This document shows, in pieces, positions 50,815 through 62,985 of a stretch of DNA of 64,000 bases (position 1 is the stretch's first letter; every line of letters begins with the position of its first letter). The stretch spans positions 11,346,001 through 11,410,000 of the forward strand of contig JBHGNT010000008.1 in assembly GCA_043228905.1 (NCBI GenBank), written 5' to 3'. The translations under genes and the position numbers were made by a program. The notes under the pieces are model-generated. The model saw only the letters and a list, made by a program, of their open reading frames with translations, did not search any database and was not told the origin of the DNA. The stretch comes from Azolla caroliniana. Its lineage: Eukaryota; Plantae; Polypodiophyta.

Positions 50815-53800
50815 TTAATTTTTCTCCGGTCCTATCGGACCCTTACCCGAAACACGCACCTTGCCGCCCTCTTGACGGTTTGCCATCGTTATGCTTTCCC
50901 TGGTTGCCGGCTCATGCTCCTTATCGGCTTGGTGGTACCCGTTTTCCTCACAGGTTGCCGTCTTGGTTGGCCTGCCGGCATCCGATTCGGTGTCGGTCCT
51001 TCGTTCAAATGGGTTCTTGGGCATAGGTCCTTTGTATGGCTTTAGTCTAAATCCGTTGACCCATTTACCCTGCACTTCGCCAGCAAGTGTCCCTAACTGG
51101 TAGGATCCATTGAACTCGTGTGTGATCCAGTACGGTCTGGTCCATCTAAACCGTAGTTTGCCTGGCATTTTACCCATCCGAGTCTGGAACACTAGTACTG
51201 GCTTGCCGATTTCGAACATCGTCTCGTTTCCCTTCCGGTGCTGATCTACAAACGCTTTCCGTCGCCGTTGTTCCAATTCCAGGTGCATAATGCTTGCTAG
51301 TCGGTGTTCTTCCAGTTCACACAGAGCCTTTAACCGAATTGCCTCTGATTCCTTCTCATTGAGTCATTCCCGAATCTGAATCCGTAAGCTCGGTACCTGG
51401 AATTCGATCGGCATGACTGCCTCTAATCCAAATGCTAACCGGAATGGTGTTGTTTGGATGCTTGTTTTGTACGTTGTCTTGTAAGCCCATAGCGCACTGT
51501 GCAGCTTCGTGTCCCAATCTGTCCGATTTTCATTGATGATCTTGCGCAGGATATTCTGTAGCTTTTTGTTTGTTGACTCCGCTAATCCGTTGGCTTGTGG
51601 GTAGTGCGGGGTGCTCCGTTTATGTACTACCACATAGAATGACGTCAAGCTCTCCACCACCTGTCCAAGAAAGTGCCCTCCTTGGTCACTTATTAGCTCT
51701 ATGGGGCATCCATACCAGCACCAAATGCATTCATATAAGAATTTTTCCATTGACGCCGCGGTGTTGTCTCGTAAGGCTTTGGCTTCCACCCATTTAGTGC
51801 AGTAGTCCGTCGCGACGATCACATACCGGTTGGCAGTTCTCATTGCCGGTGGTTTAAATGGTCCGACAAAATCCAATTCTCATTTCTGAAATGGTTCTAG
51901 CGGTAGTACTGGCTAGTGCGGCATCTGAGCTTGTTCCGTTGGCTGACCCATTTGTTGGCATAGATCACACTCCTTCGCATACCGGACTGCATCTTTCAAT
52001 GTTTTCGGCCACCATAGACCACTTTGCCATACTTTCCTTGCCATCGCATCTCCGGCGACTCCACAGTGTGCTTCCCATAGTATTACCTCCTTCTCGTCGC
52101 TACGCACCGCTCGTCGCCATATCCCGTCTGCGCCTTTGTGGTAAAGTGTGTCCCGGAGTAAACAGAAGTGCCAGCTTTGTACCGCTAGGCGTTTCTCTCA
52201 TCCCGGTTCATCTCCTCCGAAGGCAATCCGGTGCTCAAAAATTGGTGCATATTCGTTAGCCACTTGTCTTTTGGTGCCACCGTTTCATCTATTGCTGTTT
52301 CCGCAGTGACTCGAAATAGCTCAGCATCTGGAAACTCGTCCGGTACTCCGTCACCCGTCTCCCTGGAATTTAACCGGCTTAGATAATCTGCTACCGCATG
52401 CTGTATGCCGGGTCAGTGGAATATCTCAAATTCGAACTCCTGCAACAGCAAAGTCCACCGGGCCAACTTACCGGTAAGTGACGCTTTGGATACTAGGTAG
52501 AGGAGTGCCGAATGATCTACATGGAAGGAGAACTTTCTTCCCAATAAATAATGCCTGAATTTTGTTACACTGTAGATCATTCCTAAAGCTTCCCTGTCCG
52601 TGGTAGAATAATTTCATTCCGCTTGGGATAGCTTCCGGCTGGCATACTACACTGGCCGGTACTACCTTGGCTCGGTAAGCTGCATGAGCGCGCTGCCGAT
52701 TGCGATGTCGGAGGCGTCCACGAACACATGAAACTCTTTACTCCAATCCGGAGGCTGCACTACCGGTGCTTGTGACAATAATACCTTTAGTGCCCGGTAC
52801 GCCTTTTCTTCGATGTCGATCCATTGGAACGGTGTTCGATGTACTGCCGCATGCAGAGGTGTAGCCAGGTCCGCCAAATATCGGAGCATACGGCTATGCC
52901 AGCGAATTTGTCCTAAGAAACGGCTCAATGCCTTTGCCGTTGCCGTTGCCGGTGCTTCTAGGATTGCTTTCACTTTGTCTGGATCTACGACAATGCCTTC
53001 CTTGCTCACAATATGCCCTAGTAGCGTTCCGCTGGACACTCCAAATACACATTTCGCTGGATTAGGCTTAGCCGGTACACACGACACTTCTCTAGACATA
53101 GTCTAAGGTGCTGCAAATGATCTTGTTCTCGGCTATAGATGGCAAAGTCGTCAAGGAACACCTGCATAAAAGCCGGTATGTATTCGCCAAAGATCTCCAT
53201 GATAATCCGTTGGAATGTTGCCGGTGCCGTTTTCAGTCCGAACATCATCACCACGGCAACAAACACTCCCCATTCGGTGACGAAAGCCGTTTTCTCTTGA
53301 TCATCAGGGTGCATCCGGATCTGGTTATACCTGTTGAATCCGTCTAAGAAACTATAGACTTCATGGCCGGTGACAGCATCCAAAACTCCATCCATAAACG
53401 GAAGTGGAAATGCATCCGTTACCGTTGCCGCATTGAGCTTCCGTTAGCCGACACAAACTCTAATTTTGCTGTTCTTCTTCAGTACGACTACGATCGGGCT
53501 CAGCCATGTAGATTTCTTTACGGGACGGATGAAGCCAGCCCTCAACAATTTGTCGATTTCCTCCTTGACTTTGGCGGTGTAGTTTGGGTTCATCCGGTAT
53601 CGACGCTATGCTACCGGCTTGGCGTCTTTGCTCAGCTGTATCTGGTGCTAATACAACTGAGGATCCAACCCTCTCATATACTCGTAAGACCAAGCAAATA
53701 TGTCACGAAACTCGTTGAGGAGTGTAATTATCGTCGTTTTGTTCTCTGCATTCATTTCTTTGGCGACGTGCACTGGTTTTGCCTCCTTCGTCGTTCCTGG

Positions 53801-56600
53801 ATTTACCTCTTCTAATTGAGACGTTTTTACACGCTGTGATACAGCCATTTCTCTTTCCAACTCCTCTTGCGCTTGCCGTAACTCCCGGATTGCTTCTTTA
53901 TCCGGTTCCGCTTCGGTTCCGTTCGGTTGTAGTAAGTAGGGTGATACCGCTTCGGCAACGTCAATCTCGAATAGGGGTACAATCTTCGAGTTTAGGGTGC
54001 AAGTACTGATCTTTTTCTTCATCTGCTAATCCTTCCAGCATATTGATGCACTCCACATATAACGGTGTCAGATCCTTGCCGGTGCCCTTCCTTGGTTGTG
54101 TTGGTACCCGTACCTTCGCTTTTCCCCACCGGAACGTAATCATATTCCTCCTCCAGTTCTGCTTGATGTGTGCCGTCTTTAAAACCAACGGCGTCCCTTG
54201 CAACTGGAGAACTACGGTTGAGATTCGGAATGTGTGCCCCCCGATGGTTACTTCTAAGTCCCGTATTAATCCTGTCGGTCGCACCGAGCTTGTGTCCGCC
54301 ATTCGGAGCCAGAACGGACATGGCTCCCACTCTTGGATTCCAACAGCATCGCACGTCCAGAGGCTTATTACATTAACACCGCCCCCCCCCCCCCCCCCCC
54401 CCGTCTATTATCGTGCCAGGGAGTTCTTTCCCTTTCACAATCGCAGTAATTGCCGGACTGTTGGTGTTCACCACCGCCGGTCCCTCCTCCGGATTTGAGA
54501 AGAATGCTGGAGTCGGTGGTGTTCCGCTTGTCGTCATGCCGGACTTGAGTCCTTCTGTGAATCTTGGTACTAGCTGCAAAAGTCGTCCTAACGACAACGT
54601 AATCTGGCATTCCTGCAATGCTTCCCATGTCGCGTTTTCGGACTGACTGCCGCCGGCGAGCTCTTCGGTGTTCTCATTTTGCTGCGCAAGTTCTGCTACA
54701 TTCCGCTCATTTGCCTTTTTCACCCATTCCGTTGTCTGTTTCCGGATGGCCTCTTGTGTCTCCCATTCCGTTGTCTTGCCCTTCGACCTTGTGGTAACCT
54801 GCTGCAGGTCGGCGACTTCGGCGACTACCATGTTTACTGCCAGTCGCTTGTCATAGCTCTTTGCCGGACATTGATTACTATAATGTCCTTCTTATCGGCA
54901 ATAATAGCAATATGCTTTCCGGGTATTGCTGGATTTCAACATTGTTTCCTGTACCCGGTGGAGGACCTGTGGTAACTGCGGGGCTCGGGTCTAGTTGGCT
55001 GGTTGAGGCGCCTTTTTTCCGGTTCACGTGGGTGGCTCCCTTTTTTGAAATGCCGTTTTTTATTAAAGTTCTTTTTGTTGAGGTACCCTTGCCGGGGTTG
55101 GTTGTCATATCTCCCGTCATCTTCCCGTCGTTGGTGATACCTGGGGGAGTGATCCCGGTTGTGATGCTCATACCGTCCATTGTAATCTCGGTTTCCATTG
55201 TCATATCTCTTGTACCGGTCATAGTTGTCTCGCCGATCGTCGTACCGGACATCCTGTGCCGGTCGATATCGCTCCTCTCGCCGCTAGCATTCGTCTTCTT
55301 CGTCTCGGTTGCTACGTGGCTCCATTTGCCGGATTGGTGGTGCTTGCCGATTCAATAAGTTATATTCGCACCGATCCATCGTGTGGCTCGAACAGTGGCA
55401 GAGTAAGCAGTGCGTCTGCATGGTGCACTCCAGTGACGAGTGTCCGGCGTTCAAGCAGGTCGTGCATTGGATTGCTTGCCGGAAACGGAGATCCTCATCG
55501 GTTGGTAACGCTCGTTGGAGGGCTCCCATTGTTAGCCAAGAGCTCGTTTTCTCCATTTCTCTAACCCGGTCGATGACTTGGTCGACGGTGCTTGTGCGAA
55601 AGTCGATGACCGTGCATACCATTCGTAGAGGTTCCCGGAGCGCGGCTAAAAATATAGCCCGTGTGTCCTCCTTCGGAGGTGCGCGGGTAAGCTGACTGTG
55701 CATCCGTTGAAACCAGATGACAAACTGCGGGATGCTCTCCCCGAGGTCCTACCGGATGGTATAAAATAAGCCCACCATTTCTCGCTGGTCCACCTCCTTC
55801 TGAAAGAAGTGCAAGAATTTGTCTTTTAGGTCCGCAAAGGTGGTGATGGTACTGGGGTCCTACATCCGGTGCCATCTGGCGGCCGGTCCTTCCAATGTCA
55901 CGCCAAATTCGGCTATCTTAGATCGTTCCTCTTCTGCCGTGGTTAACCGTTGTGACACATGGTTCGCCTCCCATGTTTGTTGAAACACGTGAACATGAGC
56001 CTCCGCGTTTTGATCATCCCTATACTTGGAGTACTGGAACGACATGTCCTCGTCCGATGTCAGTACGCGGGCTGGCGGTGTCAGTGGTTTTTCCTGTTGT
56101 TCCGTTCGCGTCGGAGGTCTTTTCCGGTCTTCCTTTGGTATTGCCGGCTCGACATCCGGTGTTGGAGTTCTTTCTTTGTCTTCTTCCGTCTCCGGAGGTT
56201 CCCGGTCTGCCAACTCTAGTTCCGTGTCGGTACTGTATCCAACTCCTCGTCCTCCGGTCCTCCTCGGGTGTCATTACTGCTGCGATAGTTCGTGTGCGTG
56301 TTGTAACCCCCTTCCGAATCCGATTCCAGTGCTGAAAATGCTTCGGATTCACCGTCTCTTCCGGCCAAGGCCTGGAGAAGGGATTCCGCTTCCCAGAGAC
56401 TGCTTAAGCTGCTTCCTTCATCCGGGTAGGTGTTTTGTTGCAGACAGAGCGACTCCACCACTTTCCGGATCACTTTGGAAAATGATCGATCCGTTCGGAC
56501 TTCTTCCGCTGCTTGCTAGAAAGCCTCTCGCCGCCTCCGCCGTTCAGCAAGTCTTCGTGCTCTCTCCGTAACCGGGTTGTCTGTTGGCCTAGTCATCCAT
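50815..56600 (-). pseudogene. gag-pol of the Athila-like element
   Basis: Gag TLEGPAARW, CTTCLNAGH..C and CLLCHCSSH..C. PR IIDGG. RT FLDGFNRYNQI..FLDD. RH PDWSKEFHVFVDASD. INT DFVGPF..SDQG..QANGLAE. Confidence 0.93.
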
Positions 56601-56633
56601 TCCCGCCGTTGTTCACTACAATTGTGCAGGAAT

Positions 56634-56644
56634 CGTGGTCGCCA
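56634..56644 (-). promoter_or_regulatory. PBS, probably tRNA-Arg(UCG)
   Basis: Sense strand reads LTR-cagtttt-TGGCGACCACG. The T-run spacer is typical of Athila/Tat PBS regions. Confidence 0.65.
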
Positions 56645-59600
56645 AAAACTGTGTTACTCCTAGGGTCGGACAACAACCTAACACAGGGTGTCCACTTAAG
56701 ACACTTCACCAAAGGGTGGTACGGCAGAATGACTTAAGGCACAACGCTTAATTAGACTTTAATTGGTTACTTAGCAATCCGTAATTAACACGCGTAAGAT
56801 ATAACAATGAATACAGAATGGTAATCAACACTGGAAGATTAAGACAATAAGCTCTATTAATTATCCGCTCTCAATTACATTGTAACCGGGCCTTTATATA
56901 GGTCTCTGGTGCGAAATACAAAACGGTGCCAACCGGCACCTTTTCAGGATTGGTCCGGATCCGGATCAGCATACCGATTCCAGTCCGTCCGTCCACATCT
57001 CCTCATATATTACTATATATTTTAAGACTACTAATTACAACAGTTCCCGAATAAACTATTCCTTTCACACTCAGATTTGGACCTCCTTAAGCCTTCTTGC
57101 CAGGCGGTAACAGATCTCAAGTCTTTTAGAAGGGATCAATGGCACCAAGTTTTTCACAAAAATCCACTTAAAGGGAGCATATTGGCACTTCGAGTATACA
57201 ATTATGCCATTCAGCCTCACCAATGCGCCAATAGTCTTCCAGCATATGGCAAATGATATATTCCAGATCTTTTGGACGTCTATTTAATCATCTACTTGGA
57301 TGATCTGCTAGTTTATTCAAAGACACAGGAGGAGCATGATTCTCATGTACTATTAGTACTACGACGACTACAAGAACATGGTCTTTATGCAAAGCTGGAG
57401 AAGTGTAGTTTTGACTGTTGCCAGGTGGAATTTCTCGGCTACATGATTTCCTCAAAAGGCATCTCTATGGATCCGAGTAAAGTCCAAATTGTGCTAGAGT
57501 GGTAGACTCCACATTCGTTGCGAGATGTGGAATGCTTTCTAGGATTCACATTCACAAACTTCTATTGCAAGTTTATACAAGACTACTCAAAGCTTATTTT
57601 GCCGCTCACACAACTTACAAAGAAGGGTCCATCGTTTGTTTGGTCTAAGGAAGAGGACACGGCTTTTGAGGGTTTTAAGAAAGCATTTACATCGGCTCCT
57701 GTTTTAGCTCATGTTGATCCGCAAAAACCATTTATCATGGAGGCAGACGTGTTAGATTTCGCCCTATGTAGTATTTTATCACAACAAGGCGACGATGAGA
57801 AGCTCCATCCCTTGGCATTTCACTCACGCAAATTTGATGCCGCCAAAATCAACTACAAGATACATGACACGGAGCTATTCGCAATAGTGGACTCTTTTGC
57901 ACAATGGAGACATTTTTTAGAAGGATCTCCTCATCAAGTCATTGTATTTAGTGATCACAAGAATCTTGCCTACTTTCAGAATGCCCGCGTGTTAAATAGA
58001 TGACAAGCTCATTGGGCCCAATTCGTCACTCATTTTGATTTTAAGATTACATATCGTCCGGGCAAGCGACAGGGGAAGGCGGATGCATTATCACGACGCT
58101 CGTATCTAGCTCCTCGTCCTGGTGATCCTGCCTTCGACAATCAAAAGCAAGTAATCTTGGGACCAACACGACTTCAAGCAACGTAGGTCTTTCAGACTCC
58201 ATTGGATTCCTGCATTATCAATACCATACGTGAAGATTTAAAGACGGATGTTTTCGCTCAAGCTATTCTAGATCAAATCGATTCTTCTCAGGCATCTTGT
58301 TCACGATCTCAACAACCAAGTATAGATTATCAACAATTCGAATGCCATAATGGATTACTCTTCTTTAAGAAAATTTTGTATGTTCCCAATGGTTCGTGCC
58401 GCCTTCGACTAGTACAAAATTGTCATGACACATATACAACTAGACATTTTGGTAGTACTGAAACATTGGATTTAGTACAACGATCATTTCGGTGGCCCGT
58501 ATGCGAAGATTTGTCGAAGACTATGTTCAGACATGTGATACATGTTGTAGAGTGAAGATGCCGAGACATCATCCATATGGTTTGTTGGAGCCATTACCGA
58601 TCCCAAGCAAACCATGGCAATCTATTTCTCTCGATTTTATCCCAGATCTTCCGGATTCGAGGGGTTTCAATGCAATCTTAACAATGGTAGAACGATTTAC
58701 TAAGATGACACATTTCATGCCCTGTACTAAAGAAATTACTAGTGAAGAAACCGTTGGAATTGTTATGCATGAAGTATTTCGGCATCATAGTCTTCCTGAC
58801 AATATCATCAATGATCGTGGACCGCAATTCGTCTCTAAATTTTGGAAACATCTCTTTAAAATGCTCAAGGTCACCTGCAACCTTTCCTCCGGCTATCATC
58901 CCCAAACAAATGGACAAGCTGAACGTACCAATCAAACATTAGAACAATATCTTTGGTGTTTCCTAAGCTATCAATAGGATGATTGGGCGGATATTGTACA
59001 TTTTGCTTAATTTGCTTATAATAAATCTACCCACTCCTCTACTAGGGTTTCACCATCCTACGCTTATATCGGCTATCATCGTTGCTAGTGTATGTTAGAA
59101 ACTACTGAGTTACCCACAAATCCTTGTGCAAAGGATCATTTGGAACGGTTACGACAAATTCAGGTAGAACTATCTACCCACTTACATCACGCGCAACAAA
59201 CATAGAAGGACTATGCAAATCGTCATCGGCTTCCATCCCCTTTTAATATTGGAGATCAAGTATGGCTATTATAACGACACATCAAGACTACTCGACCATG
59301 TGACAAATTGGATTATCGACGGCTAGGCCCTTTACGTATTAATAGGAAAATTAGTGATGTTACTTTTCCCCTTGATCTTCCTTCGCAACTACGGATACAT
59401 CCAGTATTTCTTAGTTCTCTCCTAGAACCCTATCAAGACAGCGCTATCCCAGATCCTATTACACCACCTCCATCGCCGATTGAACTTGAAGATGAACCTA
59501 AGTTCGAGGTTTGTTGCCATCCTCAACTTCAAGATTGCTCGCAACAAGCTTTATTGTTTGGTAAATTGGTTCATATATAATCCAAACTAGCGTACTTGGG

Positions 59601-60037
59601 AACCAATGACGAATTTTGCGAATGCTCGAGCTCTTCTTAAAGACTTCCATCGTCAATATCCGAACAAACTAGGTCCTCAATCAAAGACGACTTGTAACGC
59701 TCGTCGTTTAAAGGGGGGGATAGTGTCATGATATAGCATGGTATGGCATTAAAAGGATTTGAACCCATAACCTAGTGTCACATGAGTTGAAGCCCTACCA
59801 TTAAGCTATATATTATAATACAAAGAATATTGTTTTCATTTATTATTTCACTATAGAAAATTGATGTATATTCTAGATTTCTCTAGAACATTCTAGAAAC
59901 TTCAAGAGTATTTTTGTCATCATTATAAAAAGTGGCACAAAGCATTATTTCGAACCAATTCAGTTCAACGCCAATCTTAAGCTTCCTAGCTATTCTTGTA
60001 CTTACTCTTCATATAATATATCACTTGTTATCATCAT

Positions 60038-60071
<34 letters not shown>

Positions 60072-60169
60072 GTCAGTCTTACACACTCCCTTCCTCTCAG
60101 TACTAATCCTCATAGTACCTTCCTTCTCTTGTACTAATTCTCTCTCTGTTTTTCGTACTATTACTGCCA

Positions 60170-60274
60170 AGGATATGCAATATATGTTGTATATTGTGCA
60201 AGATAATATAAAAGCAACTCAAGATAGAGCGCATTTTTATGTCGATCATAATACGCAACCTCGTACACTCAACC
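60170..60274 (+). pseudogene. Gypsy integrase C-terminal fragment
   Basis: DMQYMLYIVQDNIKATQDRAHFYVDHNTQPRTL. May belong to the 9160 element. Confidence 0.6.
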
Positions 60275-60885
60275 TGTCCTGAATCCGTACACATTATGTG
60301 GCTTCACTTGGGCTTGAACCCAAGACCTTGTAATACATAATCAAGAACCTAACCATTCAGATAGCATATGATTATATGAAATAATAAAAGCTACTTCTTG
60401 TGATAGATTGATATTGTAAATGTTCTAGAACATTCTAGAATATCCTAGAACATCTTAGAGTATTCTAGGTCTAGAACATTCTAGAATATCCTAGAAATCA
60501 CTAGGTTATTCTATAGGAACCTATATATATTGACATACAATTCTTCTCAAAACCAATTCGAATCAACACCAGTCTTAAGCTCTCATCACCTATCTTGTAT
60601 CCATTCTTATTCTACTTTAATACATTCATTCTTCTCTTATCATTTCATTCCTCTTCTTGTGATCTCTTTATATCTTTCTTCTATCACTTTACCTCCTCTC
60701 TTGGTTCTGACTGCTTGATTTGAATTTCTTCTTCTCGTCTAGCCTCTTCCACAAACACTAGTAAGTACCCATGGCTGCTGGCAACCCACAAGAATACTTC
60801 GCCCTTGTTGCAGAAATAGAGAATCTCAAAAGCAAGTTTGCATCACTAGAGCTAGAGAATCAACGATTGCTTGAAGACCTATAGA
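60275..60885 (+). mobile_element. Truncated Tcn1-like element 3 (5' LTR, self-PBS, gag start)
   Basis: LTR 60275-~60712, PBS 60715-60726. MAAGNPQEYFALVAEIENLKSKFASLELENQRL at 60771 is homologous to element 1 gag. Confidence 0.8.
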
Positions 60886-61964
60886 AAACACCGGGACATT
60901 TGAAACAGGTAATATGTCACATTTTGAGAACTGTCCATCAAAAAATGACACAAATTAGGGTGATTCACAAAAAGGGGTGCCGCATGCGTAAAGAAATTTT
61001 AAAAATGACCCAAAAATATATTGATTTTTAACATGTACGGAAATTTAGGTGTTCAAAAAAATGCCTAAATAATGGACATGCCAAACTTACAAATGAATGT
61101 CCAAAATGACTAACCCCAATATTTATAGAAATTCTAAATCCAAATCTTGATGTGCAATACAATATTTATAGTTAACGTATCAGGACAATCATTTTTCAAG
61201 TTTATGTCATCATCTTCATACCCATTAGATGAACTAGTACGAGTTTATGAGGTCTCATCCTCATCATCAATGGCAACTAATGCATTGTGTTGATCCAATT
61301 GCAATCCAACCTCATCGAGTTTATGAGTCATGCTTCTTGTTTGTCTTTGTGTTGTGTCTGAAGCCACATTCCAGATCCTCTTTTAGTATCTTCATTGTGG
61401 TCTGTCACAGATAACTTGTTTTGGTCAAAGATAAGTCATACACTAATATATAAACATTATCCAATGTAAGAGTAGATGTGCTTGATGCATCTTTCCTCCT
61501 CACTTTTTGGTTATGATATTTCATTATGTACTTTCCATTTACAAGATTAGATTATGTGAGAGAAGCTTTCTACCAAAATCATTAGAATCTAAAAAATGTC
61601 TTAAAGATGTTTTCCATTTTTCTTAGATTCTCATAGTAAGCTTTTGATGTCGTACAGAAATCCGATTCATTCTATCTAGATTTGACGCAACATGTCGAAT
61701 TTTACTCTATACATCTAGAATTGGATATAATGCATCAGATTCCTATAAGTCTTGGAATTTTTTTAAAAATTTCCATTAAAAAAATACTGTTGCATTTTAA
61801 TGCATTGCATTGAATTCTAGCTACATAGACTAAAATATGATACATTGCATGGATTTCTCGAAAATACATAAATAAATACAAATTGAAAAAATAAAACATT
61901 TTCCCATAAATAAATAAATAAACATTTTCTATTTTACTCGTAAATAAATAAATAAAAATTGAAA

Positions 61965-62715
61965 ATTTAGATTTCAATGGAAATCCAATTCCGTGCATCG
62001 GATTCAATTGAAAATCCAATTTCTCTTATTTTTTTGAAAATTTTCTTATTTTTCGAATTGTGTTTGAATTTGTTTTTATTTTTCCCATAAAAAAATAAAT
62101 AAAAATTGAAAAAATGGATTTTCAACGGAAATCCGATGTAATGCATCGGATTTTGGTTGAAAGTCAACTTTTACGTATTTTTTTCCAAATTTTCTTTTTT
62201 TTTTTGAATTTTTTTGAATTTTTTTGAATTTTTCCCATAAAAAAATAAATAAAAATTGGAAAAATGGTTTTTCAACGGAAATCCGATGCACTGCATCGGA
62301 TTTTGGTTGAAAGTCCACTTTTACGTATTTTTTTCCAAATTTTATTTTATTTTTTTTTGAATTTTTTTGAATTTTTCTATAAAAAATAAATAAATATTGA
62401 AAAAATAGATTTTCAATCCAAATTTTCATAGCTTTTAGAATTTTTTTGGTATTTTGTTTGTCTATTTTCTCATAAATAACTATATAGAAATTGAAAAAAA
62501 TGAATTTTCAAAGGAAATCCGATGCAATGCATCGGATTTCTATTGAAAATCCACTTTTTGCTATTTGTTACCAAATTTTCATATTTTAAAATATTTTTTT
62601 GTATTTTTTAAATTATTTTTCATTTTTTCCCATAAATAAATAAATAAAAATTGCAAAAAATGGGTTTTCAACAGAAATCTGATGCACTACATCGGATTTC
62701 TATTGAAAATCCATT
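61965..62715. repeat. AT-rich tandem array with palindromic cores
   Basis: Five cores aaatccgatgca-n-tgcatcggattt near 61980, 62130, 62280, 62515 and 62675. Confidence 0.9.
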
Positions 62716-62870
62716 TTGTCTTATTTGTTTCCAATTTTTCAGATATTTTGAATTTGTTTTAGGGTTTGCCTTACGGCTTTGCAAGGAGTGCGGGTCGGTA
62801 TACCACTCGAATACGGAGCGTGTCCACTCTTGATAGCAATGGGCCCCCCCGAACCCATTACTATCGTAGA

Positions 62871-62985
62871 TGTAACCAGGACTTCCCGGGAGGTCACCCA
62901 TCCCAGTACTGTTCTGGCTCAAGCACGCTTAACTTGCAATGCTTGAAGCATCCAAACAACCACAAAACTCATGGCATGTGATACA
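62871..62985 (-). mobile_element. 115-bp TG..CA unit containing a 5S rRNA-derived segment (Cassandra-like solo LTR)
   Basis: TGTA..TACA ends, flanks gtaga/ataga. 62878-62934 on the minus strand reads agttaagcgtgcttgagccagaacagtactgggatgggtgacctcccgggaagtcct. Confidence 0.7.

Larger units (their letters stand above)
47081..57112 (-). mobile_element. Athila/OTA-like non-chromovirus Gypsy with an extra 3' ORF
   Basis: 461-bp LTRs 47081-47541 and 56652-57112. TSD gatct/gatct. Minus-strand TATA in the LTR. Gag-pol on the minus strand. Confidence 0.95.
44857..60169 (+). mobile_element. Tcn1-like chromovirus element 2
   Basis: Partial 5' LTR 44857-44961, self-PBS 44964-44975, gag 45033-46175, pol 46180-47080 and 57113-59700, PPT, 3' LTR 59724-60169. 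Confidence 0.9.

Noticed and set aside
61200-61430. Possible acidic protein C-terminus on the minus strand
   Set aside because: Too short and motif-free to assign.
62878-62934. Functional 5S rRNA gene
   Set aside because: Only the box A to box C half matches. The 5' half and the T-run terminator are missing.
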